Of a stretch of DNA of 64,000 nt, positions 19,872 to 31,490 are shown in pieces (the first letter of the stretch is position 1; each line of letters opens with the position of its first letter). The position numbers and the translations under genes are program-made. This DNA is from Pelagibacterales bacterium SAG-MED13. Lineage in GTDB: Bacteria; Pseudomonadota; Alphaproteobacteria; Pelagibacterales; Pelagibacteraceae. The stretch is from contig JACWDK010000001.1 of assembly GCA_014654165.1 (NCBI GenBank), positions 70,430-134,429 on the forward strand, given 5' to 3'. The notes under the pieces were generated by a model. The model did no database searches and had not been told where the DNA came from. It was given only the letters and a program-made list of their open reading frames with translations.

Positions 19872-20657
19872 ATGAGTTTGATGAAGGGTAAAAAAGGATT
19901 GGTAATGGGAGTTGCCAATGAGAGATCTATTGCCTGGGGTATTTCACAAAAACTTGCAGAAGCAGGAGCTGAGCTCGCATTCACATATTTAGGGGACGCT
20001 TTAAAGAAAAGAGTTATTCCTTTAGCAGAAAAATTAAATTCAAAAATAACATTTAGCTGTGATGTAGAAAAAAAAGAAGATGTAACAAAATTATTTGAAG
20101 ATGTTAAATCGCAATGGGGTGAAATAGATTTTGTAGTTCATGCAATTGCTTTTTCTGATAAATCAGAATTATCTGGAGAATATTTGAACACAACGAGAGA
20201 AAATTTTTTGAGAAGTATGTTAATTTCTTGTTTTTCGTTTACTGAAGTTGCTAAGGAAGCATCTAAAGTAATGAAAGAAGGTGGAAGTTTAATCACTCTA
20301 AGCTACGAAGCAAACAAAGCTATTCCAAATTATAATGTAATGGGTGTTTGCAAAGCTGCATTGGAATCTAGTGTTAAATATCTAGCAAGGGATCTGGGTG
20401 CAAAAGGTATGAGAGTAAATGCTATAAGCGCTGGACCAATTAAAACTTTAGCAGCTTCTGCAATTGGAGATGCAAAATTCCTATATAAATGGAATGAAGA
20501 CCATTCTTTACTTAAAAGAAACGTAGATATTCATGATGTTGGAAATTCAGCATTATATTTATTAAGTGAACTTGCAAACGGAGTTACTGGTGAAATTCAC
20601 TACGTAGATGCTGGATATAACAAAGTAGGAATGCCCGATCCTAAAAACATCACTTAA
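19872..20657 (+). CDS. fabI: Enoyl-ACP reductase
   Basis: GVANERSIAWGI, YNVMGVCKAALE, ISAGPIKTLA. Confidence 0.96.
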   Translation: MSLMKGKKGLVMGVANERSIAWGISQKLAEAGAELAFTYLGDALKKRVIPLAEKLNSKITFSCDVEKKEDVTKLFEDVKSQWGEIDFVVHAIAFSDKSELSGEYLNTTRENFLRSMLISCFSFTEVAKEASKVMKEGGSLITLSYEANKAIPNYNVMGVCKAALESSVKYLARDLGAKGMRVNAISAGPIKTLAASAIGDAKFLYKWNEDHSLLKRNVDIHDVGNSALYLLSELANGVTGEIHYVDAGYNKVGMPDPKNIT

Positions 20658-20663
20658 TAAACA

Positions 20664-20689
20664 AGGGCGTTCTGTTACCAGTTGCCCCT
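20664..20689. terminator. Hairpin between convergent fabI and pnp (GGGC...CTG-GTAA-CAG...GCCC on the minus strand)
   Basis: Imperfect GC-rich stem with a GNRA loop, followed by TTGTTTATT on the minus strand. Confidence 0.5.
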
Positions 20690-20694
20690 AAAAT

Positions 20695-22767
20695 TTATTC
20701 AGCAGCTTGCTTCATGGATAGTTTAACTTTACCTCGGTCAAAACCAATTACTTTAACCTTTACCTCGTCACCTTCTTTGACAACGTCGGTAACTTTAGCA
20801 ACTCTTTTGTCTGCTAGCTCTGAGATATGAACAAGTCCATCTTGTTTTCCTAAAAAATTTACAAATGCACCAAACTCCATAATCTTCATTACCTTGCCTG
20901 AATAAATTTTATTTATTTCCGCTTTTGCAGTAATGTCTTTAATCATTTGCATAGCAATATTTCTAGACTCTTCGTCTGGAGCGGCAACTGTTACAACTCC
21001 CTCGTCATTGACATCAACTTTAGCACCTGATTTTTCAACTATCTCTCTAATTGTTGCTCCACCTTTTCCAATTACAGCGGCGATATCTTTTTTATCAACA
21101 GTTACTTGTTCCATTTTTGGAGTGTGTTTTCCAACATCTTCTCTTGAAGATGATAGTGCTTTGTTCATTTCCCCTAAAATATGAACTCTTCCATCCTTAG
21201 CTTGGCTTAAAGCCTGTTCCATGATTTCAAATGTTATTCCTGTAATTTTTATATCCATTTGTAGTGAAGTTATTCCATCTTTAGTTCCAGCAACTTTAAA
21301 ATCCATGTCACCTAAATGATCCTCATCACCCAAAATATCTGATAGTACGCTAAAATTGTCCCCTTCTTTAATAAGTCCCATAGCAATACCTGCAACTGGC
21401 TCTTTGATAGGGACTCCAGCATCCATTAGTGCTAAAGATGCACCACAAACAGTAGCCATTGATGAAGAGCCATTGGACTCTGTAATCTCTGATACTATTC
21501 TAAAAGTGTATGGAAACACCTCTTTTGATGGTAATGAAGAATTAATAGCTCTCCAAGCAAGTTTTCCATGACCAATTTCACGTCTTCCAGTTCCAATTCT
21601 TCCAGTTTCACCAACTGAAAAAGGAGGAAAATTATAATGAAGCATAAATCGTTCTCTTTGAAGTCCATCTAAGCTTTCAATTCTTTGTTCATCATCAGAT
21701 GTACCTAATGTAGTAACTACAATCGCTTGTGTTTCACCTCTTGTGAATAATGCAGAACCATGTGTTCTTGGTAAGACACCAACTTCACATGAGATAGGTC
21801 TTACATCAGATAATCCTCTACCATCAATTCTATTTTTATTTTTAAGAATATCTGTTCTAACAATTTTCTTCTCTAAGTTTTTAAGCTGCGAATTAACATC
21901 AAGATCAGAATAATTTTCATTCTCTTCAAAAAGCTTTTTAGCTTTATCAGTAATCTCAGAAATTTGATTTGATCTATCTTGCTTATCTCTTGTTGCAAAA
22001 GCTTTTTTAAGATCTTCTGTAAAAGTTTCTTCAAGTTTTTGTTTAATTTCAGATAAATCCTTTTTCTCAACAGTCCACTCCGTTTTTCTGCATTCTTTTG
22101 CAAGTTCCTCTATCATTTCAATTACTGGAATAAATCCTTCATGACCAAATTTAACTGCTGCTAACATTACTTCTTCAGAGAGACCTGATGTTTCAGATTC
22201 AACCATAAGCACTGCATCTTTAGTACCTGCTACAACTAAATCTAAACTTGAATTTTCCAACTCTTCTTTTGATGGGTTAAGAATATATTTACCATCAACG
22301 TAACCTACTCTAGATGCTCCTACTGGTCCCATAAATGGCATTCCAGAAATAGCTAATGCTGCTGAAGAAGCAGTGATTGCTAGAATGTCTGGTTGGTTTT
22401 CTTTGTCATATGAAATTACTGTTGGTAACAACTGTACTTCATTTTTAAATTCATCAGGAAACAAAGGTCTGATTGGTCTATCAATTAATCTTGAGATTAA
22501 TGTTTCACTCTCAGTTGGTCTTGCTTCTCTTTTAAAATACCCACCTGGAATTTTTCCTCCAGCATAGTATTTTTCTTGATAGTTTACAGATAATGGGAAA
22601 TAATCCATATCAGGATTAATTTTTTTAGCTCCTACCACTGTTGCTAAAACGACTGTCTCTCCACATGTTGCGATTATTGCACCGTCTGCCTGTCTTGCTA
22701 CTTTACCCGTTTCTAAACTTATCTTCTTTCCAGCTACTTCAATTTCTTTCTTATATACTTTAAACAT
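20695..22767 (-). CDS. pnp: Polyribonucleotide nucleotidyltransferase
   Basis: [39 protein letters not shown] and S1 domains. Confidence 0.98.
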   Translation of the reverse strand: MFKVYKKEIEVAGKKISLETGKVARQADGAIIATCGETVVLATVVGAKKINPDMDYFPLSVNYQEKYYAGGKIPGGYFKREARPTESETLISRLIDRPIRPLFPDEFKNEVQLLPTVISYDKENQPDILAITASSAALAISGMPFMGPVGASRVGYVDGKYILNPSKEELENSSLDLVVAGTKDAVLMVESETSGLSEEVMLAAVKFGHEGFIPVIEMIEELAKECRKTEWTVEKKDLSEIKQKLEETFTEDLKKAFATRDKQDRSNQISEITDKAKKLFEENENYSDLDVNSQLKNLEKKIVRTDILKNKNRIDGRGLSDVRPISCEVGVLPRTHGSALFTRGETQAIVVTTLGTSDDEQRIESLDGLQRERFMLHYNFPPFSVGETGRIGTGRREIGHGKLAWRAINSSLPSKEVFPYTFRIVSEITESNGSSSMATVCGASLALMDAGVPIKEPVAGIAMGLIKEGDNFSVLSDILGDEDHLGDMDFKVAGTKDGITSLQMDIKITGITFEIMEQALSQAKDGRVHILGEMNKALSSSREDVGKHTPKMEQVTVDKKDIAAVIGKGGATIREIVEKSGAKVDVNDEGVVTVAAPDEESRNIAMQMIKDITAKAEINKIYSGKVMKIMEFGAFVNFLGKQDGLVHISELADKRVAKVTDVVKEGDEVKVKVIGFDRGKVKLSMKQAAE

Positions 22768-22809
22768 TTCATTTCCATTTCGTTTCGTTCGTTTCGTTCC
22801 ATTCAGTTC
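22768..22809 (-). repeat. Degenerate GAA(A)Y short tandem repeat forming the pnp leader
   Basis: mRNA strand GAACTGAATGGAACGAAACGAACGAAACGAAATGGAAATGAA, directly followed by the ATG. Confidence 0.7.
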
Positions 22810-22824
22810 TATCTAGCTTGATCT

Positions 22825-23073
22825 CTATTTTCTTAAATTCAATTTCGACAGTACATTTTTGTAAGAATCCATCTTATTTTTTTTTAGATATTCCAACAAT
22901 TTTTTTCTTCTATTTACCGCTCTCAACAATCCGACAGATGAATGTTTATCTTTTTTGAATTGTTTTACATGTTTAGAGAGAGTTTCAATTTTCTCAGTTA
23001 GCAAAGCAACCTGTATCTCTGAAGATCCAGTATCTTTATCATGCATTGCTAATTCTTTAACATTTTTATTCAT
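22825..23073 (-). CDS. rpsO: 30S ribosomal protein S15
   Basis: DTGSSEIQVALLT, KKDKHSSVGLL, RRKKLLEYL. Confidence 0.96.
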   Translation of the reverse strand: MNKNVKELAMHDKDTGSSEIQVALLTEKIETLSKHVKQFKKDKHSSVGLLRAVNRRKKLLEYLKKNKMDSYKNVLSKLNLRK

Positions 23074-23085
23074 GCTTGATTTATC

Positions 23086-23454
23086 CTATTTATTAGTTTG
23101 TTTTATTAAATTTTCTATTTTTTCGGCATACTCAAAAGATTCGTCTTTTCTAAAAAGAATTTTAGGTAAAAATTTCATTTCCACTTTTTTCGATAAAATT
23201 TTTCTGATCAAAAATGAATAATCTTTCAAAACATTAAGTGACTCTTCAGCGTCTTTTCCTCCTAATGGAAGAACATATGCTTTAGCGATTTTTAAGTCAG
23301 GACTCATTTTTACTTCTGTAACTGTTATAGTATTAGTATCTAAATTTGGAACCTTAGCCTCATTTCTAATAAAAATCATGCTTAAAGATTGTTTTATCAT
23401 TTCTCCTACTCTGAGTTGCCTTTGAGATATTGGTTTACCAATTCTATCTGTCAT
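23086..23454 (-). CDS. rbfA: Ribosome-binding factor A
   Basis: QRQLRVGEMIK, TVTEVKMSPDLKIA; downstream of infB. Confidence 0.95.
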   Translation of the reverse strand: MTDRIGKPISQRQLRVGEMIKQSLSMIFIRNEAKVPNLDTNTITVTEVKMSPDLKIAKAYVLPLGGKDAEESLNVLKDYSFLIRKILSKKVEMKFLPKILFRKDESFEYAEKIENLIKQTNK

Positions 23455-25667
23455 TAAATAGTCCTTTCTGTAGACTGAACACTAAAGGCCTCTATTGTGT
23501 CATTTTTTTGAAAATCCATATAATCTTTTACTGTAATTCCACATTCTTGACCATTGCTAACTTGTTTTACTTGATTTTTTTCTCTAAAAATTGTTCCAAC
23601 TTTACCAGTATAAATTATAGCACCATCTCTAATAATTCTGACTTCAGAGGAGCTTGCTATTTCTCCTTCAACTACTTTAGAGCCAGCAACTTTTCCAGCT
23701 CCTGATACTTTAAATATTTCTAATATTTGTGCAGAACCTGTTATTGTTTCTTTAACATCAGGAGCTAATAAACCTGACATTTTTTGCTTAATATAATCTA
23801 ATACTTCATAAATAATATTATATGAAGAAATTTTAATTTTTTCATTTTCTGCAAGTTTTTTAGCTTCTTTGCTTGGCTTGACATTAAAAGCTATGAGAAC
23901 CGCATTTGATGCTTTTGCAAGAGTCACATCTGTTTCTGTCACCATTCCAATGTCTGCTAAAATTATTTTTGGTTTTACCTCATCATGCTTTATTTGATTA
24001 ATTGCATTTTTAATTGCCTCTGATGATCCATGTACATCAGATTTAATAATTAAATTTAATTCTTCTGCTCCTTTGTTAGAAAAAGCTGAGTCTTGTGTTG
24101 CAAATGCTAAAGGATTTTTACCTTCAGTATTTTCTTTGCTTCTGTTTTCACTCAAAGTTTTAGCTTCTTTTTCAGTATCAAGAACAATAAAGTCATCTCC
24201 TGCCTTTGCTGCACCATTGATACCTAATATTTCTATGGGAGTTGATGGAGGAGCCTCATCGATATTTTTGCTTTTATCGTTTATAATTGCTCTTATCTTT
24301 CCCCACTTTAAACCACTTACAAAAAAATCGCCTCTTTTCAATGTTCCGGTAGTCACAATAATTGTAGCAACAGGGCCTCTCCCTACATCTATTTTTGATT
24401 CAAGAACTATGCCTGTGGCTTTTGACTCAAAATCAGTTTTTAAATCCAATATTTCAGCTTGAAGAGTAATCGCTTCTAACAATTTATCTAAATTTAGTTT
24501 GGTTTTAGCAGATATTTCAACCATTAGAGTATCACCGGATAGATCCTCAGCTATTAATTCGTGCTCTAGTAATTGATTTTTAATTTTTTGTGGGTCAGCT
24601 TCTGGTAAATCACATTTATTGATTGCTACAACTATAGGAACACCAGCTGCTTTTGCGTGTTTAATAGACTCAACGGTTTGAGGCTTTACTCCATCATCTG
24701 CGGCTACAACTAAAACAACCACATCAGTTAGCTTTGATCCTCTAGCTCTCATTTCTGTAAAGGCGGCATGGCCAGGTGTATCAATAAATGTTAATTTATT
24801 TGATCCGTTTTGAATTTGGTAAGCTCCAATATGCTGCGTTATACCTCCGAATTCACCCGAAACTACATTAGCTTTTCTTAAAACATCTAATACAGATGTC
24901 TTTCCATGATCAACATGGCCCATAACTGTAACAATTGGTGGTCTATTTTTTAAGTTTTCTACTCTAGTTGCTTTTATTTTTTGTATTATCTCTTCGGTCT
25001 TTTCTTCTCGAATTGGATTATGTCCAAATTCTTTCGCAAGATATTCTGCTGTATCAGCAGCTAAGGATTGATTAATTGTAACTGTTACTCCCATTCCAAA
25101 TAAAAACTTGATAACATTGCTCGACTGCTCAGCCATTCTGTTTGCTAACTCTCTAACAGTTATTGTCTCCGGGATGTGAATATCTCTTTTTACCTGCTTT
25201 AAGCTTTCCTTATTATCTTCTTTGTTAGCGCTCTTTAGTTCTTTTTGTCTTGCTCTTTTAACAGAAGCTAAACTTCTTTCTCTAGTTTCTATTTCATCAC
25301 TTAAAGCTCTAGAAACAGTAAGCTTAACTTGTCTTTTATTTGCCCCTAATTTTGATTTTTTATCACTATCAGAGTCAGTTTTTAACTTTTTAGTTGCTCT
25401 TTGTTCTGCAAGTTTACGTCTTTCAAAATCAGACGTGGATCCTGATGTTTTAGGTGGAAAATTAGGTTTTACATTTGATCCATGTTTAAAACTTAATGTA
25501 GATGGTCTAGGACTAAAACTTTTTGTAGAACTGGATTTAACAAAAGGCCTGCTAACTTTTTTTTCAATTATAACAGTCTTTTTTCCTTGAGTTTTTGCTG
25601 GTTCTAAATTTTTAAATTGCTTTTTTGGATTTCCTGAAATAGTAAGTTTTTTCTTTTTGTTTTCCAT
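23454..25667 (-). CDS. infB: Translation initiation factor IF-2
   Basis: [31 protein letters not shown]. Confidence 0.98.
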   Translation of the reverse strand: MENKKKKLTISGNPKKQFKNLEPAKTQGKKTVIIEKKVSRPFVKSSSTKSFSPRPSTLSFKHGSNVKPNFPPKTSGSTSDFERRKLAEQRATKKLKTDSDSDKKSKLGANKRQVKLTVSRALSDEIETRERSLASVKRARQKELKSANKEDNKESLKQVKRDIHIPETITVRELANRMAEQSSNVIKFLFGMGVTVTINQSLAADTAEYLAKEFGHNPIREEKTEEIIQKIKATRVENLKNRPPIVTVMGHVDHGKTSVLDVLRKANVVSGEFGGITQHIGAYQIQNGSNKLTFIDTPGHAAFTEMRARGSKLTDVVVLVVAADDGVKPQTVESIKHAKAAGVPIVVAINKCDLPEADPQKIKNQLLEHELIAEDLSGDTLMVEISAKTKLNLDKLLEAITLQAEILDLKTDFESKATGIVLESKIDVGRGPVATIIVTTGTLKRGDFFVSGLKWGKIRAIINDKSKNIDEAPPSTPIEILGINGAAKAGDDFIVLDTEKEAKTLSENRSKENTEGKNPLAFATQDSAFSNKGAEELNLIIKSDVHGSSEAIKNAINQIKHDEVKPKIILADIGMVTETDVTLAKASNAVLIAFNVKPSKEAKKLAENEKIKISSYNIIYEVLDYIKQKMSGLLAPDVKETITGSAQILEIFKVSGAGKVAGSKVVEGEIASSSEVRIIRDGAIIYTGKVGTIFREKNQVKQVSNGQECGITVKDYMDFQKNDTIEAFSVQSTERTI

Positions 25668-25677
25668 TTCTCATACC

Positions 25678-27231
25678 TCAATCTTTATAAATAATATTAC
25701 GTGCTGACATTACTAGTTCATCTGCCTCCTCTTTAGATAGAGCAAAATCTTCCAAATAACCCTCTATTTTTATTCTTTCACCTTTTACAATGTCAAATCC
25801 ACCTGTAAGTTCGTCTGATGCCAGATCAGCAAAATCCTCTAGCTTAAGTATTTTTTGTTCCCCAAGAGTTACCAACATACCAGGAGTTAGTCCCTTTAAA
25901 TTAATAAGCGATTCTTCCAGGCCGAGACTCTTTATTCTTTCGGAAATATCTTCCTGGTCTTTCTTATGAAAATCTTTAGCTCTATCTATTAGTGCTTTTG
26001 CAGTATCTTCCTCAATACCTTCTATTTTAATTAAATTTTCAACAGAACTATCTTTAATATCATCAATCGTTGAGAATCCCTCAGCAACCAATAATTGTCC
26101 TAAAGTTTCGTCTAACTCTAAATTTTTAACAAAATTATCAGTTTTTTCCTTAAACTCTAATTGTCTTCTCTCAGAATCTTCCTGGTCAGTCATTATATTA
26201 ATTTCATAATTTAAAAGTTTTGTAGCTAACCTAACATTTTGACCTCTTCGACCAATGGCTTTACTTAGGTTTTCCTCAGTTAAAATTACGTCTAATTTTT
26301 TTCTTTCCACGTCTACATTTACTCTTTGTACTTCTGCGGGTGATAAAGCATTAGATACTAAAATAGCAGGATCTTCAGACCAATTAACTATATCAATTTT
26401 TTCACCTTGTAATTCATTTACTACAGCTTGTACTCTCGATCCTCTCATACCAACACAAGCTCCCACTGGATCAAGAGAAGTATCTACAGCTTTCACACAA
26501 ATTTTTGCTCTACTACCTGGGTCTCTTGACGAAGATTTAATTTCAATTAGTCCATCATAAATTTCTGGTACTTCTTGCACAAATAGTTGTTCCATAAATT
26601 TCGGATGCGCTCTAGATAAAAATATTTGTTGTCCTCTTTGTTCTCTTCTAACATCACAACAAAATGCTTTAATTCTGTCTCCAGCTTTTATATTTTCTCT
26701 GGGTATCATCTCATTTTTTTGGACAATTGCCTCTGTTCTACCAAGATCAACAATTACGTTACCAAATTCTAATCTTTTTACAATTCCACTCAAAATAGTA
26801 TCTTTCTTATCAATAAAATCATTATACTGTCTGTCTCTCTCTGCTTCTCTTACGTTAGAGCTAATTACTTGTTTTGCTGTTTGAGCAGCTATTCTTCCAA
26901 AATCAAAAGATGGTAGTGGTTGAAGTATTTCATCACCAATTTTTTTTTCTTTATTAATCTCATTAAGATTTATTGCATCCTCAAGTTTTATTTCTATATT
27001 TGAGTTTTCTGGATTGTCTGAAATAATTAATTTCCTGAAAATTTCAATATCTCCGCTCTCTCTATTTATTAATACCTTAATTTCATTATCTTGACCAAAT
27101 TTTGATTTTGCAGCTTTGGCTATGCCAGTTTCCATGGAGCTTATAATTAATTCTTTATCTATGGACTTTTCTAAAGCAACTGCCTCTGCTATTCTTAGTA
27201 ATTCAAGTTTATCTGCTCTTTTATTTAACAT
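25678..27231 (-). CDS. nusA: Transcription termination/antitermination factor NusA
   Basis: FGRIAAQTAKQ, RDPGSRAK, DPVGACVGMRGSRV, AIGRRGQNVRLA. Confidence 0.98.
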   Translation of the reverse strand: MLNKRADKLELLRIAEAVALEKSIDKELIISSMETGIAKAAKSKFGQDNEIKVLINRESGDIEIFRKLIISDNPENSNIEIKLEDAINLNEINKEKKIGDEILQPLPSFDFGRIAAQTAKQVISSNVREAERDRQYNDFIDKKDTILSGIVKRLEFGNVIVDLGRTEAIVQKNEMIPRENIKAGDRIKAFCCDVRREQRGQQIFLSRAHPKFMEQLFVQEVPEIYDGLIEIKSSSRDPGSRAKICVKAVDTSLDPVGACVGMRGSRVQAVVNELQGEKIDIVNWSEDPAILVSNALSPAEVQRVNVDVERKKLDVILTEENLSKAIGRRGQNVRLATKLLNYEINIMTDQEDSERRQLEFKEKTDNFVKNLELDETLGQLLVAEGFSTIDDIKDSSVENLIKIEGIEEDTAKALIDRAKDFHKKDQEDISERIKSLGLEESLINLKGLTPGMLVTLGEQKILKLEDFADLASDELTGGFDIVKGERIKIEGYLEDFALSKEEADELVMSARNIIYKD

Positions 27232-27246
27232 ATTTTAGTTTGCTCC

Positions 27247-27273
27247 AAAAAAAAATGGGCTTAAGCCCATTTT
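27247..27273 (-). terminator. rimP-leader-type intrinsic terminator/attenuator upstream of nusA (may also end metK)
   Basis: AAAATGGGC-TTAA-GCCCATTTT perfect hairpin plus T9 on the minus strand; GGGc..gCCC core. Confidence 0.75.
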
Positions 27274-27329
27274 GATAGTTCAACAATGTAAGAGCAATAT
27301 AGTAAAGTATTTTCTTAATTCAATAGAAA

Positions 27330-28499
27330 CTATTTAGAAAATATGCTTGATTTATCAGTTTTTTCCCATGAAAAAGACCCATTATTCTCTGGTGTTCTTC
27401 CAAAGTGGCCATAAGCAGCTGTTTTCTCATATATAGGTTTATTTAAGTTAAGCATCTCTCTAATTCCCCTTGGGCTTAGATCGAAATTTTCCTTTATTTT
27501 TTTTTCAACAAAAAAATTTTTTTCTAAATCGTTGTCAAATAAATTAACATAAATTGATAAAGGTTTAGAAACCCCAATTGCATAAGCTAATTGAATTAAA
27601 CACCTATCAGATATTTTAGAAGCAACAACATTTTTTGCTATATATCTTGCTGCGTAAGCAGCAGATCTGTCAACTTTTGTCGGATCCTTTCCTGAAAAAG
27701 CACCACCACCATGAGGTGCTGCCCCTCCATAAGTATCTACTATAATTTTTCTACCTGTTAATCCACAATCCCCATCTGGTCCTCCAATTACAAAGTTTCC
27801 AGTTGGATTAACATAAAATTCGTTCTCTTCAAATCCTTCAAGAAAAAAATTTGGTATAGATTTTAATAGATAAGGTCTTAGTAAATCTCTTACTTGGGAT
27901 TGATTTACGTCTGCAGAGTGTTGAGAAGAGATTACTACTGATTTAACTCTATTAGGCTTACCATCAACATATTCAAAAGTAACCTGGCTTTTAGAATCAG
28001 GTTCAATATTTTTTAGTTTTCCAGACTTTCTATCTTCAGCCATTAAACGTAAAATTTTATGTGAGTAATGAATAGGTGCAGGCATTAATTCATCAGTTTC
28101 ATTGCATGCATACCCAAACATTATACCTTGGTCTCCAGCTCCCTCATCTTTATTTCCTGAGGAGTCCACACCCATTGCAATATCGACTGATTGAGAATGC
28201 AGATGACTTTCAATTTTTGTAGCTTCCCTCCATGTAAAACCATCTTGGTCATAGCCAATATCTTTTATGCAGTTTCTTACATTTTCAATTAATTCATTTT
28301 GCTTAATCTCAGGACCCCTAACTTCGCCAGCTAAAACAACTTTGTTAGTTGTAGTAAGAGTTTCACATGCAACCCTGGAAAAGGGGTCTTCTGAAAGATA
28401 ACTATCAACAACCATATCTGAAATTCTATCAGAAACTTTATCTGGGTGCCCCTCAGATACAGACTCGCTTGTAAAAAGATAATTTTTAAGATTATTCAT
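27330..28499 (-). CDS. metK: S-adenosylmethionine synthetase
   Basis: [35 protein letters not shown]. Confidence 0.98.
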   Translation of the reverse strand: MNNLKNYLFTSESVSEGHPDKVSDRISDMVVDSYLSEDPFSRVACETLTTTNKVVLAGEVRGPEIKQNELIENVRNCIKDIGYDQDGFTWREATKIESHLHSQSVDIAMGVDSSGNKDEGAGDQGIMFGYACNETDELMPAPIHYSHKILRLMAEDRKSGKLKNIEPDSKSQVTFEYVDGKPNRVKSVVISSQHSADVNQSQVRDLLRPYLLKSIPNFFLEGFEENEFYVNPTGNFVIGGPDGDCGLTGRKIIVDTYGGAAPHGGGAFSGKDPTKVDRSAAYAARYIAKNVVASKISDRCLIQLAYAIGVSKPLSIYVNLFDNDLEKNFFVEKKIKENFDLSPRGIREMLNLNKPIYEKTAAYGHFGRTPENNGSFSWEKTDKSSIFSK

Positions 28500-30036
28500 T
28501 TCTAATTTTATTAAATGAAAATATTAATAAAATATACATTAAAATTAACAATCCAAAGATTTTATTTCCATAAATAGAAAATATTGTTGGTTGTATTATC
28601 TTAGTTTCTTCAAGTTCTACGTATCCTGAATTTCCAAAATCAACACTATGTTCAACAATTCCTAAAGGATTTATTATTGCCGCAATTCCATTATTTGCGG
28701 ATCGAAGAATATATTTTCTATTTTCAATTGCTCTTAGAACACTGTGATCAAAATGTTGCTGTGGCCCAATAGATTGGCCAAACCAACCATCCTCAGAAAT
28801 ATTAACTATCAAATCATAGCTAGGATTTGAAATCAATTTACCAGAATAAATTATTTCGTAACATATTAAAGGTAAAATTTGTAAAGAAAAACCTTGTTTT
28901 TTTATTTTAATAATTTCTCTTAGATTCCCACTTGAAAAAGATTGATAATTATTAGTCAAAGATTTTAAACCAATATTTTTCAGAACGTTTTCAAAAGGTA
29001 AAAATTCACCAAATGGCACTAGATTAATTTTATTATAAGTATCTATTAAATCAAACTCATGATTGTAAATAGATAAAGAATTAAAATATTTAATAGAACC
29101 ATCTTTTGTAGATTTATTATTTACCCCAATAATTAATAAATGTTTTTCACTAAAATAATTACTAAACAACAATTTATATTCACTAAATTCTTTTTCTGTA
29201 ATATTTGGAAGAATTCCTTCTGGCCATATAAAAATGGTTTTCTGATTTTTATTTGGACTACTTAATTTTATTAGATCTTTAATAATTGAGTTAGAATCCG
29301 CGCCAAGATAAAACCTATCAAGATTAATGTTAGAACCTATTACTCTTACTTTATACTCATATTCTCTATCATTAGCTTTATAAAATTTTTCTTTATAAGA
29401 ATGTCCATAAAAATAGAAAAGTCCTGTAATAATAAAAAAAGAAATACAAATACAAACGTTTTTTTTTGTATTTTTTAATATGATAATAGATGGACTAGTA
29501 AATAGAGAAATACAAAATAAATTTAATCCGTAAGTTCCTATAATTGATGTTATACTTAAAATTTCTAACTGTCTTGAAAAACTGTAAACAATAAGATTCC
29601 AGGGAAATCCTGTAAAAATTGAACCTCTAATAAATTCTATTATTCCAAAGATTAAAGAAAATAAAATAAATGAAGATAAAATTTTTTTTGATTTTAAAAT
29701 TATAAATAGATAAGAAACTATTCCATAAAACAATGCTAAAAATGCTGGGATCAAAATTACTGTAAATGGAATTAAAAATTTAAAATTTTGATCAAATGAT
29801 AGTGAAATTGATATCCAATATAAATTAGTTACAAAATAACCAAATCCAAACAACCAGCCATATAAAAAGAAAATTTTAGCATTTCTGTTTTGTGTTGATT
29901 TTTTTAATAAAAATAAAAAAAATAAAGTAAAAGTAAAAAAATTTACTAAAATATAATTGAAAGGTGGTAAACTTAAAGAGGTTGTCATCCCTAAAGTTAC
30001 TAAGAACAGAGGTGTGGTGTATAATTTTAAATTCAA
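28492..30036 (-). CDS. lnt: Apolipoprotein N-acyltransferase
   Basis: Multi-[25 protein letters not shown]. Confidence 0.93.
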   Translation of the reverse strand: MNLKLYTTPLFLVTLGMTTSLSLPPFNYILVNFFTFTLFFLFLLKKSTQNRNAKIFFLYGWLFGFGYFVTNLYWISISLSFDQNFKFLIPFTVILIPAFLALFYGIVSYLFIILKSKKILSSFILFSLIFGIIEFIRGSIFTGFPWNLIVYSFSRQLEILSITSIIGTYGLNLFCISLFTSPSIIILKNTKKNVCICISFFIITGLFYFYGHSYKEKFYKANDREYEYKVRVIGSNINLDRFYLGADSNSIIKDLIKLSSPNKNQKTIFIWPEGILPNITEKEFSEYKLLFSNYFSEKHLLIIGVNNKSTKDGSIKYFNSLSIYNHEFDLIDTYNKINLVPFGEFLPFENVLKNIGLKSLTNNYQSFSSGNLREIIKIKKQGFSLQILPLICYEIIYSGKLISNPSYDLIVNISEDGWFGQSIGPQQHFDHSVLRAIENRKYILRSANNGIAAIINPLGIVEHSVDFGNSGYVELEETKIIQPTIFSIYGNKIFGLLILMYILLIFSFNKIRNE

Positions 30037-30037
30037 T

Positions 30038-30499
30038 TTAATTAAGTTTTGAAATTACTGATTTGAATATCCGATTTTCTTCTTTTAACATTTTGATATA
30101 ATCTTTATCTTTTATGTGATCAAAATGAAGTAAATGAAGAAAACCATGAATAAAAGTCTTAATTAATCTTTCCTTAAATATTTTGTAAGACAATGGCCTT
30201 GGTTTATTTATAAAATTATAACTTATTATAATATCCCCAATATAACTTTCTTTTGATATTCTAATTTTTGAATTAAATGGAAAAGATAGAATATCAGTAG
30301 ATTTATTTTTGTTTCTAAACTTTTTATTCAATTTTTTAATATTTTTATTATTCGAAAGCAAAAGTGTTAAGCTAACTGTTTTTTTTATAAATCTATATTT
30401 TTTTGGGAATGCCTTACAAATATTTTTAAAGAATAAATTTTTATTTACAATTTTTTTAGACCAAGCTTTCTCCTCAGAGAAGACACTAATATTAATCAT
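30038..30499 (-). CDS. ybeY: rRNA maturation endoribonuclease YbeY
   Basis: TDILSFP, GDIIIS, HGFLHLLHFDH. Confidence 0.94.
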   Translation of the reverse strand: MINISVFSEEKAWSKKIVNKNLFFKNICKAFPKKYRFIKKTVSLTLLLSNNKNIKKLNKKFRNKNKSTDILSFPFNSKIRISKESYIGDIIISYNFINKPRPLSYKIFKERLIKTFIHGFLHLLHFDHIKDKDYIKMLKEENRIFKSVISKLN

Positions 30500-31487
30500 T
30501 TTTAGAATAAGCTTTTACAATTTTGGAAACAAGTGGATGTCTAACAACATCTGAATGATCAAAATCAACAATTGTAATTTCATCTAAATTTGACAATAAT
30601 TCTTTAGATCTTACTAATCCTGACATATTTTTATTTGGCAAATCAATTTGCGTCGGATCTCCATTCACAACTATTTTAGAGTTTTCACCAATTCGGGTTA
30701 AAAACATTTTAATTTGAGTATCAGTTGCATTTTGAGCCTCATCTAAAATGGCAAAAGAATTCTTAAGTGTTCTTCCTCTCATAAATGCTAATGGGGCAAT
30801 TTCAATATCGCCTATCTCAATCATTCTTTGTATCTTCTCAAAATCAAATAAATCGTAAAGTGAGTCATACAAAGGTCTAAGATAAGGATCAACTTTTTCT
30901 TTCATATCTCCTGGTAAAAAACCAAGTCTTTCCCCAGCTTCTACTGCTGGTCTTGATAAAATTATTCTCTCAATTTTTTTTTCTAAAAGCATAGTAAGAC
31001 CTACAGCAACAGCTAAAAAAGTTTTCCCTGTTCCTGCTGGTCCAGCTGAAATTATTATATCACTTTGTCTTAAGGCTCTAACATACTCTTTTTGTTTTTC
31101 AGATCTTGGTATAATAGATTTTTTTGGCGTTTTAATAATGTCTGTAACATTATTATTTTTAACTTTCTCATTTATCATAAATTTATCCACCGAAGAGACT
31201 ATATCTTTATTTTCTATTGTACCATTATTGATGTATTGATTAGCTAAAAATTGAATTGCATTTTTTAATATTTCATTTTTTTGAGGTGTAGACTTAATCA
31301 ATATTGAGTTACCTCGAGAATATAAACTTGATTGGGTAATTTTTTCTAATTCTTTTAAGTTTTTGTTAAACTCTCCAACAACGCCCATTAATAATTCATT
31401 GTCTTGGAATATTACACTCAATGAATTGTTGTCTGAGTAAACAAATTTAAGTAATGAGTCAGTATTTTTATTTATCAAACTAGTCAA
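30492..31487 (-). CDS. phoH: PhoH-like ATPase (YbeZ)
   Basis: GPAGTGKTFLA, RPAVEAGERLGFLPGD, DEAQN. Confidence 0.93.
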   Translation of the reverse strand: MTSLINKNTDSLLKFVYSDNNSLSVIFQDNELLMGVVGEFNKNLKELEKITQSSLYSRGNSILIKSTPQKNEILKNAIQFLANQYINNGTIENKDIVSSVDKFMINEKVKNNNVTDIIKTPKKSIIPRSEKQKEYVRALRQSDIIISAGPAGTGKTFLAVAVGLTMLLEKKIERIILSRPAVEAGERLGFLPGDMKEKVDPYLRPLYDSLYDLFDFEKIQRMIEIGDIEIAPLAFMRGRTLKNSFAILDEAQNATDTQIKMFLTRIGENSKIVVNGDPTQIDLPNKNMSGLVRSKELLSNLDEITIVDFDHSDVVRHPLVSKIVKAYSKND

Positions 31488-31490
31488 TTA

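Noticed and set aside
22768-22809. pnp leader repeat as a CRISPR array
   Set aside because: Units are 4-6 nt with no spacers, and no cas genes are present
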